A stretch of 49,265 bases of DNA from a bacterium (GTDB taxonomy: Bacteria > J088 > JAWLBW01): the NCBI GenBank assembly GCA_041687475.1, contig JAWLBW010000003.1:1-49265 (forward strand), in the 5' to 3' direction. Under the pieces are notes generated by a model. The model saw only the letters and a program-made list of their open reading frames with translations. It searched no databases and had not been told where the DNA came from. The translations under genes and the position numbers were made by a program. This document shows positions 1 to 9,700 of this stretch, piece by piece. Positions within the stretch are counted from its first letter, which is position 1, and the number at the start of each line of letters is the position of its first letter.

Positions 1-139
1 GGTTAGTTCGTATGCATACCGAGGGCATCGAGGCGCCCGAGTGGCAAGGCGCGATGAGGAGTCGATGCCGTAGCATCGGCGACGAAGAGCAACGCAGCCT
101 ATCGGGACGCATCGGTGTCGGAATATATGCGAATTAATC
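1..139. repeat. REP/MITE-like structured palindromic element (may extend left of the window)
   Basis: Positions 1-22 pair with 118-139 (20/22 pairs counting G-T wobbles). Internal hairpin GTCGATGC-cgta-GCATCGGC at 61-80. The core CAAGGCGCGATGAGGAG...GACGAAGAGCAACGCAG resembles dispersed intergenic repeats. Lies just past the stop of the 150..1013 gene. Confidence 0.6.
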
Positions 140-149
140 AAACGGGATA

Positions 150-1013
150 CTAGAGGCGGGCACGGGCCGTTTCGAGCAGCGTGCGGGCCCGCTTCAAATC
201 GCGGCTATCGAGGTACGTGCGGCTGCGCTTCTCGAGCCTGGCGATGTTGCCTTCGAGCACCTTCACGGCTTTGGCAATGTCACCCGTGGCCAGGTAGACC
301 TCGGCCAGCAGATTGTGGTTGATGCCGTAGTCGCCGCCTTTGACGAGCGATCTTTTCAGGTACTCTTCGGCCTTGCCCCGATCGCCTACCGAAACGGGAA
401 AGCCGGGCAGCTTGGTATATACGCCGCCGATAATGCGGTAGCAGCCCCCACGCTCGAAGTTTCCCTCGGGATCGAGCTCGATGCAACGCTGGGTGTACTT
501 GAGAATGTGGGGAACCTGGGCAAGCGAATCGAGTACGCCGTTACTCATGCCCCAGAGCGCAAGATTGGCCGACAACCAGAACAGGCCTTCGACCCCGTCG
601 GCATTGATCTGCTGGGCCAGGCGACCCGCCTGCGCGCCGTGCTTCGAGTAGGCCAGCAATTTCGCCTGCTTCGAGCCCTCGTTGGTATCCCATCCCGAGG
701 CCGCTTCCCAGAGGTAGTAGCTGACTTCGGACAGGCGCCAGGCGGCTTCGTAGTTGCGGCTGTCTGCGCGAAGCGCTTCCTCGTAAAACGCCTTGGCCTG
801 CAGCATGGCCTCCTGGTTTCCCAGTTCGAGAACCGAAACTCCCTGACGCACCAGCGCGGCGGCATCCTGCGCCCCGACCTGCCCCGGGGTTGCGGCCAGG
901 ACGATGGCGGTGGCCAACCCCAGGAGCATGCGCGCGAAAGGAGAACGGCTGCCGGCCGCCGTTGTGTCGACGGCGGTTCGTACTGGCTTGCGGTCAAGGA
1001 CGTCGCACTTCAT
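150..1013 (-). CDS. Exported TPR-like alpha-helical protein (TRAP T-component/TatT-like family)
   Basis: Signal-peptide-like LLGLATAIVLAATPGQVGA and helical TPR-like segments. The motif GGCYRIIGGVYTKLPGFPVSVGDRGKAEEYL is typical of TatT-like TPR proteins. Alternative start at ATG 929. Confidence 0.65.
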   Translation of the reverse strand: MKCDVLDRKPVRTAVDTTAAGSRSPFARMLLGLATAIVLAATPGQVGAQDAAALVRQGVSVLELGNQEAMLQAKAFYEEALRADSRNYEAAWRLSEVSYYLWEAASGWDTNEGSKQAKLLAYSKHGAQAGRLAQQINADGVEGLFWLSANLALWGMSNGVLDSLAQVPHILKYTQRCIELDPEGNFERGGCYRIIGGVYTKLPGFPVSVGDRGKAEEYLKRSLVKGGDYGINHNLLAEVYLATGDIAKAVKVLEGNIARLEKRSRTYLDSRDLKRARTLLETARARL

Positions 1014-1089
1014 GATGGCCCCCGTGGAACGAACCCGCCCTTTCAGGCCTGAGTATCATACCGCCCGAAGACCGACAGGCGCAAACGCC

Positions 1090-2013
1090 TCACTCGGTTT
1101 CTTCGGCAGGGCACTCGCGAATGGTGAGCACGCGCTGGTGTATTTCATCGTCGGGCGTGCCCCACGTCTGGTCGGGGCCCCGGCCGCCGTAAAGGGTGGT
1201 GGCCGTGGTGCGTCCTTCTTCGTCGTACTCGTACACGGTAATGGAGCCGACGAGATCGTCGGCCGTGCCCCAGCGCCTGTCAAAGCCTGCCTCGAGGTAG
1301 TCGACGGTACGCACGAGGCGCCCCTGCTCCCAATCCGATACGGAGCGGCTGACCTCGGGCTGTGCGACGGCATCGGTCGATGCGGTCTGGTAACCGACGA
1401 CCCGGCTGCGGCGGCCCTTCCGGTCGTATTCGAACGCCAGCCGGCTTTCGAGCATTTCGTCGGTTACTTCGTCGCGGGTCCGGATACGAATACCGACCTC
1501 GCGGCCATCCTTCCACTCGTGAAGGTTCTCGGCCAGCAGTTCGTCGTCTTCGGTGCGCCAGACGGCGTCACTGCCCGGACTTCCGTAGCTGCGCTCTTCG
1601 AGAATGTGCCCGAAGGGGTCGTACGCCATTCGGTTGTCGTAAATCAGATCGTCGTCGGCGGTCTTCCACACGCCGTCGGCGCCGGGGCCGTTGTATACCA
1701 GGCTCTGCACGCGGTGGCCGAGCCCATCGTAGCCATGCACGACACGCGTGCCCATGACATCGTCTTCCGTGCCCCAGAGGCCGTCTACGCCGGCCCCCGT
1801 CACGGTGCGTTCGGCAACGACCCGCCCCTGCTCGTCCCAGATGAATTCGGTGACGGAGAAGATGGCGTCGTCAAGGGTGGCCCATTTCCCGTCTTCGCCC
1901 GGCCCCATATAGGTACGCACGGCCTTCTCGCGGCAAACCTCGGCCGCCGGAGCCGATGCCGGAAGGGCAAGCCCGAGTAGAAGGAGTGAAGTGATCATGG
2001 CGATGCGAGGCAC
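1090..2013 (-). CDS. Secreted YD/RHS-like beta-repeat protein with six GxDxxWxTxDD loops
   Basis: Signal peptide LLLLGLALPASAPAA. YD-like turns (WDEQGR, YDGLGH, YDPFGH, YDRKGR, YDEEGR) alternate with acidic W-x-T-x-D-D loops. Alternative start at ATG 1998. Confidence 0.7.
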   Translation of the reverse strand: MPRIAMITSLLLLGLALPASAPAAEVCREKAVRTYMGPGEDGKWATLDDAIFSVTEFIWDEQGRVVAERTVTGAGVDGLWGTEDDVMGTRVVHGYDGLGHRVQSLVYNGPGADGVWKTADDDLIYDNRMAYDPFGHILEERSYGSPGSDAVWRTEDDELLAENLHEWKDGREVGIRIRTRDEVTDEMLESRLAFEYDRKGRRSRVVGYQTASTDAVAQPEVSRSVSDWEQGRLVRTVDYLEAGFDRRWGTADDLVGSITVYEYDEEGRTTATTLYGGRGPDQTWGTPDDEIHQRVLTIRECPAEETE

Positions 2014-2060
2014 CCTAGCATCTTAGCCCCATGGTGCTTCCGTGGCAAGGGAGGGCAGGC

Positions 2061-3329
2061 TCAGCTCCGAGGCGCCTTGAAGTTACGCAGGAACCACCCG
2101 GCAAAGGCTATCGAGCCGGTAACGAGCCAGGCCTCATCAGGCTGCGCCCCCTGCAGCCGCTCGATCAATTCGCGGGGCGTCTCGATTGTGGTCGGAAGAC
2201 CGGTCAGGGACGGAGTTTTGGCCAGCTCGCGGGCCGGCAGGGCGCGGGGTTCGCCGGGTATGTCGGTGAGCACAAAGGAAACACCCTCACGCGCAAGGGC
2301 CGCCAGCATGGCGTTGTGCTCCTTGCCCGCCAGCGAGGCGAACGCGATCTTCAGGGCCCGATCGCCATAGCGCCGGCGGAACGCCGACGCCAGCACCCGT
2401 GCCCCCGCCGGGTTGTGGGCGCCGTCGACGACAATGAGCGGCGCAGCCGAAAGCTCCTGAAAGCGCCCCGGCCAGGAAACGCCCGCCAGCGCCTCGCGAA
2501 CCGAATCGGCGCATGTCGTCAGGTCGACCCCCACGATGCGTTCGAGCGCGGCAAGAGCGCAGCCGGCATTCTGCCACTGGTAATCACCGGCAAGGCCCAG
2601 CCGGGGAATGGACAGGCATGAAAGCCCCTCGAACGTAAAGCCTTCCGCGGTCGGTTCGACCTGCCAGGCGCCGCCCTGCGTGTAAAGCATGGCGTTACGC
2701 TCGGAAACGACGGTGTCGACGACGCCGGCCGCCTCGGCCGGCAGCGCCCCCGTCACGACGGGCCGGTACTCCTTGATCACACCGGCCTTTTCGCGGGCAA
2801 TGGCCTCGATGGTGTCGCCGAGAAGCTCGCGATGGTCGAGGGCGACGGTCGTAATGACCGACCCTGCCGCCGGAGCCAGGTTGACCGCATCAAGCCGACC
2901 GCCGACACCCACTTCGAGTATGACCCACTCGGCCTCCATGTCGCGGAACCAGTCGAAGGCAATGGCGGTCAGCGCTTCGTAGTAGGTCAGACCGTCGAGC
3001 AGGCCGTGGGCGTCGTAACTCAGAACCCACTCGGCCAGCTCTTCACGGGCGATGGGCGACTCCATGCGCATGCGTTCGGTCACCTCGAAGAGATGGGGCG
3101 AGGTGTACAGCCCCACCCGGAACCCCAGGCGCTGCAGCATGGCGTGCAGCATGGCCGATGTCGATCCCTTGCCGTTGGTACCCGCTACGATAACGGCCTT
3201 GCAAGCCCGTTCGGGGTGAGCGCGCTTTTCGAGCACGCGCTGCATGGCCCCCAGATCGTAGTTGATGCCCCGCCCCTGAAGCCCGTCGAGGCGGGCCATG
3301 GCACGCGCGATTTCGTCTTCAGTCATCAT
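2061..3329 (-). CDS. folC: Bifunctional folylpolyglutamate synthase/dihydrofolate synthase
   Basis: Motifs VAGTNGKGST, YTSPHL, EVGVGGRLDAVN, IAREKAGVIK, WPGRFQ, DGAHNP. Start placed at ATG 3329; the ORF extends to GTG 3380, next to the terminator. Confidence 0.95.
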   Translation of the reverse strand: MMTEDEIARAMARLDGLQGRGINYDLGAMQRVLEKRAHPERACKAVIVAGTNGKGSTSAMLHAMLQRLGFRVGLYTSPHLFEVTERMRMESPIAREELAEWVLSYDAHGLLDGLTYYEALTAIAFDWFRDMEAEWVILEVGVGGRLDAVNLAPAAGSVITTVALDHRELLGDTIEAIAREKAGVIKEYRPVVTGALPAEAAGVVDTVVSERNAMLYTQGGAWQVEPTAEGFTFEGLSCLSIPRLGLAGDYQWQNAGCALAALERIVGVDLTTCADSVREALAGVSWPGRFQELSAAPLIVVDGAHNPAGARVLASAFRRRYGDRALKIAFASLAGKEHNAMLAALAREGVSFVLTDIPGEPRALPARELAKTPSLTGLPTTIETPRELIERLQGAQPDEAWLVTGSIAFAGWFLRNFKAPRS

Positions 3330-3381
3330 GGTGTAACTCTTCGAGCCGGGCGGCGGTACGAGGCCGACCGTCTTCCGCACG

Positions 3382-3406
3382 AAAAAACCCCCGGATACCG
3401 GGGGTT
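3382..3406 (-). terminator. Rho-independent terminator of the Crp/Fnr gene
   Basis: Minus strand reads CCCCCGG-TAT-CCGGGGG followed by TTTTTT, about 30 bp after the stop at 3438. Confidence 0.8.
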
Positions 3407-3437
3407 GGAAAACCGGAGCCTGTGTGGTTGAACGGTA

Positions 3438-4091
3438 TCAGGCGAAGTCGGCGAACTGCTCGCGCATGGCGAGAAATTCGAGAAACTTGTTCAGTTTTTC
3501 AGCCGGCGCCACGTCCATACCGTCGGCGGCGACCTTGACCAGACCGGCCTTGACCAGCTTGCCAAGAATCTCGTCGAGCTTGCTCTCGTCGAGACCGGTC
3601 TGCGCCACCAGATCGGTCTTCTGCAGCCCGATGCGGGTCATGCCCGTTTCCGACGCCTGGCCCGTGGCCTTGACGGCCCGCAGCAGCACGTAAACCACTT
3701 TCTGGTTGTGATCCTTAATGCTCAGCGCCTCGAGCTGCTCGTTGGTGGCCCGCACACGCTCGGCGAGCTTCTTGATGATGCGGTAGGCGATTTCGGTGTT
3801 GCTCTTGATCATGGCCTCGAACGTATTCGAGTCAATGACAAGCGCCTTCACGTCTTCGAGTACCGTGGCGGTGGCACTGCGGTTGTCGCCGAGAAGCACG
3901 GCCATTTCGCCGAGAAACTCGCCGGCCGGAATCACCGCGAGGGTTTTTTCTTCTCCCCCGATGCGCTTCGAGATTTTCACCTTGCCCGTCTGAAGAACGA
4001 ACATGGTAAGGCCCTGCTCGCCTTCACGAAAGAGCACCGTACCGGCAGGAAACGTCTTGCCGAAACGTTGAAAAAGCGGATCGTCTGCCAC
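3438..4091 (-). CDS. Crp/Fnr family cyclic-nucleotide-binding transcriptional regulator
   Basis: cNMP domain (LFREGEQG...GEFLGEMAVLLGDNRSATA), C-helix and C-terminal winged HTH. GAGGGAGG RBS before the GTG start. Confidence 0.9.
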   Translation of the reverse strand: MADDPLFQRFGKTFPAGTVLFREGEQGLTMFVLQTGKVKISKRIGGEEKTLAVIPAGEFLGEMAVLLGDNRSATATVLEDVKALVIDSNTFEAMIKSNTEIAYRIIKKLAERVRATNEQLEALSIKDHNQKVVYVLLRAVKATGQASETGMTRIGLQKTDLVAQTGLDESKLDEILGKLVKAGLVKVAADGMDVAPAEKLNKFLEFLAMREQFADFA

Positions 4092-4195
4092 CTCAGGCCT
4101 CCCTCAGATTCAATGGAAATGGAAAGCTTATTTGTAGCACGGCACGACGCACCGCGCAAGCGGGCGCCTGCTCTGCTTTCACGCAGGAATACACG

Positions 4196-6568
4196 TTACT
4201 TCGTCTTCATCTCATAGACGCCGTCCCAGCCCTGGGGCACCGGATTCCTGCGGAATTCTTCGATGCGCTTGAGGAAGATACGGGTGGTCTCGTCGTCGGG
4301 GTTGTGAATGAGCAGCTTCTGCCAGACCTTCTCGGCCATGTCCCACTCGGTCTTGCGATACAGGGCAAGCCCCTGCTCGAACAACGCGACCTTTTCGAGC
4401 ACGCGATCTTCGACCTGGCCCTTTTTGCCGATGAGATCGAAAATACGCACGGGTTCGAGCTTGCCCTTTACCCGCACCGAATCAAGCTCACGCACCACGA
4501 TGGCATCGCCGGCCACACGGCGGGTGAATTCGGAAATGATGATGTTGTTGGCGTACTGCTTGGTCGTACCTTCGAGACGGCTTGCCAGGTTGACGTTGTC
4601 GCCCATGACGGTGTAATCGAAACGTTGGTCCGACCCCATGTTGCCCACGGTCATCGAGCCGGTGTTCAAACCGATGCCGATATCGATGGCCGGTATGGTG
4701 CCGGCCGGAATCGTCTTGAGCCCGTCCTTGATCCACCGGGGCTTGAGCTCCTTCTCGAGTACCTCGAGCATGTCGATGGCCGTGTAGCAGGCGCGTACGG
4801 CATGATCGTCCTGCACCACCGGCGCGCCCCAGATGGCCATGAGGGCGTCGCCGATGTATTTGTCGAGCGTGCCGTCGGACTCGAAGACCAGGTCGGTCAT
4901 CTTCGAAAGATAATTGTTCAGCAATTCAACGAGCTGCTCGGAAGTCAACTTCTCGGAAATGGTGGTGAACCCGCGTACGTCGGAGAACATGACGGTCAGC
5001 TCGCGGGTTTCGCCGCCCAGTTTGAGTCGCTCGGGCTCGCGCAGCACCGACTCGACGACGCTGGGGGTCACATAGCTCTGGAAGGCCCCGCGAATCTGCC
5101 TGGCCTGTCGTTCCTCGGTAAAGTACTTGTAGGTGAGAATGATGCCGAACACCGCCACGATTTCGAGAATCGGGTACACCGTCGACAACCAGATGCCCCA
5201 GCGTTCGAAGGCCACCTGGGTGAAGAAGTAGTAACCGAACGCGAGAAACAAAGCGGCAAAGGCGCCGGGCAGACTCTTGAGACGGCCGAGAACCAGGCCC
5301 AGAACAAGGCCCAGCGAAACGATGATGCCCAGGTCGAAGAGCTTCATCCACGCCGGTTTACGAATGAACGACTGGTCGAGAATGTTGCCGATGACGTTCG
5401 CGTGAACGCCGACCCCGGGATACACCGCCGAGAAGGGCGTGTTTCGCATATCGTAAATACCGATGGCGGTCGGTCCCACGAGAAAGATGCGGTCCTTCAA
5501 CTCTTCGGGGGGAATACGGCCCTGCATGATGTCGGCGAAGGAGAAGACATCGTAGGTGACCAGATTGCCGTCGTCATCGGTCATCGGTCCGGCGAAATTG
5601 ATGAGCAGCCGCCCGGTTTCATCGGTCGGAATGCGAATGTCGCCCAGGCGCACCTCGACGATATTGCCGTGCTCGCGCTTGACGATGATCGGCTTATCGA
5701 GCGCGACGCTGGCCGTCTTGAGCCCCAGCGAAGGGTAGTAACCGTCCTGGAAACGCAACACCAGATGGTTCCAGCGAATGGTACCGTCTTCGGCGTCGGG
5801 CGTCATGTAGAAATGGCCCGCGTGCGGCGTCTGCATCGAAATCGGGGCGATGTTGGGCACGACGCCGGCCATATCGGCCATGTAAACCGGTTCGTTGTCG
5901 CCGAGAATGACCTTGATGCGTGAGTCGGCGATGAGCGAGGCCGCCTCGGTAACCTGCCGGGCCGCCATTTCGCCCCGTCCGCTCGATCCGTAGAAGAAAT
6001 ACCCAAGCACGGTGTTGTCGGCAAAAGCGGCGATGGAAGCGGCCAGGGTTTCGTCGCTGTTGGCGCGGGCTTCGCTTTCAACCAGCTCGCGGTAGAACTG
6101 ACCGGCGCCTCGTGTGTAGGTACGCGCCCGGTCGGTGGCCGCGTAGGCGTATTCGACGGGCAGATCGCTGAAGTCGGGCGAGCGGTCGAGCCCGTATTCA
6201 CGGAACAACTGCCGCAGCTCGCGAACCTTCTTCAACTCGGAGTTCTGATCGGGCTCGGCAAAGACGATATCGAATCCGACGGCTGCGGCGCCGGCGTCGC
6301 GCAGCCGATCGACGAGCTTTGCCATCGTCCACCGCGGCCAGGGCCAGCGGCCGAGTTCCTGCAGACTTTTTTCGTCGATGGCGATGATGGCCACACGTTC
6401 GTTGCCGCGTACGACGCCCCGGGTCTTGAATTTCGCATCGAGGGCCTTTACCTCGATGATCTGAAGAAATTCGGGTTCGGTGAAGTCGGCCGCGATAACC
6501 ACCACGGTAATGACGAACGCCAGCCGAACGGCCGACATCCTGAACAGACGCTTGAAGAACTTTTGCAC
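4196..6568 (-). CDS. CHASE2-domain class III adenylate/guanylate cyclase (ATP-type specificity residues)
   Basis: CHASE2 motifs (IAIDEKSL..LGRWPWPR, GFDIVFAEPD, PGVGVHAN), three TM helices, cyclase motifs FSDVRGFT, DKYIGDA, DYTVMGDNVNLASRLEG, and C-terminal WDGVY. Confidence 0.93.
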   Translation of the reverse strand: MQKFFKRLFRMSAVRLAFVITVVVIAADFTEPEFLQIIEVKALDAKFKTRGVVRGNERVAIIAIDEKSLQELGRWPWPRWTMAKLVDRLRDAGAAAVGFDIVFAEPDQNSELKKVRELRQLFREYGLDRSPDFSDLPVEYAYAATDRARTYTRGAGQFYRELVESEARANSDETLAASIAAFADNTVLGYFFYGSSGRGEMAARQVTEAASLIADSRIKVILGDNEPVYMADMAGVVPNIAPISMQTPHAGHFYMTPDAEDGTIRWNHLVLRFQDGYYPSLGLKTASVALDKPIIVKREHGNIVEVRLGDIRIPTDETGRLLINFAGPMTDDDGNLVTYDVFSFADIMQGRIPPEELKDRIFLVGPTAIGIYDMRNTPFSAVYPGVGVHANVIGNILDQSFIRKPAWMKLFDLGIIVSLGLVLGLVLGRLKSLPGAFAALFLAFGYYFFTQVAFERWGIWLSTVYPILEIVAVFGIILTYKYFTEERQARQIRGAFQSYVTPSVVESVLREPERLKLGGETRELTVMFSDVRGFTTISEKLTSEQLVELLNNYLSKMTDLVFESDGTLDKYIGDALMAIWGAPVVQDDHAVRACYTAIDMLEVLEKELKPRWIKDGLKTIPAGTIPAIDIGIGLNTGSMTVGNMGSDQRFDYTVMGDNVNLASRLEGTTKQYANNIIISEFTRRVAGDAIVVRELDSVRVKGKLEPVRIFDLIGKKGQVEDRVLEKVALFEQGLALYRKTEWDMAEKVWQKLLIHNPDDETTRIFLKRIEEFRRNPVPQGWDGVYEMKTK

Positions 6569-6793
6569 TGCGAGCCTCTCGGGCAGGGAAATGGAGTCAG
6601 CTTACCAAGGGAGAAGGCGAAAAGCCATGGTTCGAAAAAGGACTCTGTCGCCTGGCTAGGGCAGGCTCAAGGCAGCCGAAGTCGTAACCCCTTGCCGGCA
6701 CGTGAACGCGGGCGACGCCACCATTCATAAAGTGAAATTGCCCACGCCACCTTGCCCCCGTCAGGCTCGGCCGGCCAGGTCCGCGCGCATTTT

Positions 6794-9700
6794 CTACGGC
6801 AGCTTCAAGGTGATCCACGAAGAGCCGACCGCCGAAACATAGACCCGGTTACCGGTGGCGGGCACCGAGACCGGCTGGCCGGCCTGCGTGCGCACACTGT
6901 ATACACCGTAAGGAAGCGCCGCCACGACCTGGCCGTCGCGCACCGGCAGCACGATGCTTCTGCCCAGCAGCAGTTCTTCGAACACCAGAACCTGATCGGG
7001 AGGTTCGACACCGCCGGGGCCCTCTGCAACGGCCGAAAGGTATCCGAGTCCCGTGTGCTTCGGAGCCCCCAGGGTGTTCAAGTTCGCAAGTATATAGGTC
7101 TGGTACTCGTCATGGGCCACCCAGCTCCAGCAATCGCCCTGCGCGAGCACGATGCCCAGAGAGGCCTGGCGCCACTGCCCGCACCTGGCTTCCTGCGCGA
7201 GCATCTGCAGCCCCCACCCTCCGGGAAGCACGAACGGCAGCAGATTGGGAGCGGCCAGGGCCGGCAGCAGCCCGGGAAGCAGAAACGCCCGGGCCATGAC
7301 CCCTTCCCAATCGGCCCACCACGCTCCCGGCATCGAAGCCGTGGTAACCAGTGACCAGTAGGGCGGTTCCTGATACATGTCTTCGACCAAGGTTGCCGGC
7401 GCCGGCTGGGCACAGGCAGAGGTCGAAGAAAACTCGGCGCAGACCCGGTCGGGCGCCCCCTGATGAACGACCATGCCGCGCGGGTCGTCGGCATTTCTTT
7501 CCCGGGGAAGCGTGAACTCGACCCAGGCGCCCGCGGTCACGGTGCGAGACCACAGAAGGTCGTCGTGCGCCATCGACACCTCGCCCGTGTCGCCGCTCAC
7601 GGGCAAGGAGAAGTATCCTTCGTCGTCCGACGTCGACTCGGAAAGATAGCCGTTGTTGTTCCACCGCACGACGGCTCCCCGCACCGGTGTTCCACCTTGG
7701 TCGACCACCCTTCCCCCCAGCGTGTCCGAGGTTTCCAGCATACGGAGAACCACGGCCTCGGTGGCTTCGGTAATGCTTCTCTTTTCAAGCAGGCGGTTCT
7801 GCCTGAAGGCGTGAAGCCGGCTGCCCACGGCAGGCGCTTCGTCGAGGTATGCAGTGCCCGTCGCGTCGGAGCGCCCGACCACCGTATCGCCGACGTAAAC
7901 CAGCGCCGGCGCGGGTAAGCCGGCTTCGTCTTCAATAGAGACTTCAAAGCCGCACGCCGAGCAGGTAGAAGCGGCCGAGGTCGAGAAGTATTGCGGCGCA
8001 AGTGCTTCGCCCTCGTTCCACAACACGACTTCGGCGTCGAGCAGCGGGTAACGCCAGTTCACCATGAGCCAGGCGGCCCCGGGCGTCGCCTCTTCAAAGT
8101 CGGCGGTTACGGCGTAGGAGGCGACAACGCCCGCGTCGGACAGGTTACCGGGTGCACGATAGCGAATCTCACCGGTTACCAGACTACCGTAGGAAACTCC
8201 CGTCATGACGACGAAAATCGAACCGAGCGGCGCCGACTCGCCGATATCGACCACGCTAAACGGGCCCGGTCGCGTCGCGACATTCACCTCGTCGACCCAG
8301 CAGGGTACGGTATTGCGCGCTTCGCCCTTGCTCAGAATTCCATCGGCACGCACGCCGGTAACGTCGTCGGCGTAAAAGGTACAGTAACCACTCGCAGGTA
8401 CCGAAACCGCTGCGGGAAACGCCAGGTCATCGTACGTCACGTGCGAGACCGGAAAGCCGAACCGTTCGCTGCGCCATTCAAAGACCAGCCGAGAGGCGTC
8501 GACTCCACCTTCGACGGTAACCGTCATTTCGCGCACGTAGTCGGGTTGCTGAGGTGCGAGCGCAAGGGGCGTCAGGCTCAACGGCGCGCCGCGTGAACGC
8601 CAGGGCTCGGCATCATCGACCCCGGCAAACCGATCGGTCGGATCGGTGAAAGCCCTGTCGAATGTGCTCCAGCGCCCGTCGCCGTCGACGTCTTCGACGA
8701 AGAGAAGGTGGGGAATGTTGAACCAGTCGCGGGCGTATTCGCCGCCTGCATCAAGGTAGAGGTCTTCGACCGGTCGCCATTCTCCGGCCGGGCTGGTCGC
8801 GTTCGAGGCGTAAACCAGCCATCGTCGATCGCCCGGAAGCACGGCGGCCAGGCCGGCATGGTAAACGGCATGGGTTTCCCATTCATGACGTCCGTATCGC
8901 CGGTAGGCGAACTCGTTCCACCCGCTTGCCAGCGCGATGTCATGCAAGGAGCCCGTATAGGGTTCCCAACCGTCGACGTGCAACAGCCTGACTTCGCTCG
9001 GGGCCTCGCCTACATGTCCGGTCAGGTCGAATACCGACTCGGTGCGCATGACGATTGGCTCGGGCTCCTGCACCTGCCGCATTCCGGCGAAGGCCGTGAG
9101 GTCAAGGTTCTTCGGCGCCGCCGTTCGCTCGTTGCCCGACCGGTCGACGGCGCGGGGTTGCAGCTGCGCAAGACTAGACGTTCCCTCGGTCAGGGCGGTG
9201 GCGAAGGTGTAAACCCCCGGCAATTCGGGCTCGGCCGCCAGCGCGAGGCAGGCTTCGCTTGCCGGGTTGCACATTTCAACCCGTTCAAGCCCCGCCAGAC
9301 CGTCCGAGGCTTCGAGCAGCAGGGCGTTCTTCCACGTATCGCGATCGAAGGAAAATCCGGTCGTTTTCCAGGCAATTTCCGGCGGTGTGCCGTCGACCAC
9401 GAAGTCCCAGGCATTGCCGACATGGGCGCTGCCCCCGGGCAAACGCACCAGGCACTGGGCGCGATGCTCCCGGTCCGTGTCGAAAGGGCCGACCTGGGCC
9501 GTTACCTGGCCCGCGAAGTCGTCGACCGACAGGGGCACCGATTGGCCGTCGATGGACAATTCCGGATAGGAGAGCGCCACCGGCAAACGGTAGCGAACAC
9601 TGAGGGGTATGGCGACGCCGGTCTTGAAGAACCGCTCGGGCGGCGTTACGAGTTCGCACCAGGCGTCTGTCGACACCCGCTCGAATACGTACTCGTGAAC

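Noticed and set aside
1090-2013. RHS toxin with a downstream immunity gene
   Set aside because: Too short, with no PxxxxDPxG core end or toxin tip. The downstream gene is a TatT-like TPR protein.
6731-6746. Crp box-like AGTGA-N6-CCACG upstream of the cyclase
   Set aside because: Only a 7/10 match, and the local Crp lacks the canonical recognition-helix residues.
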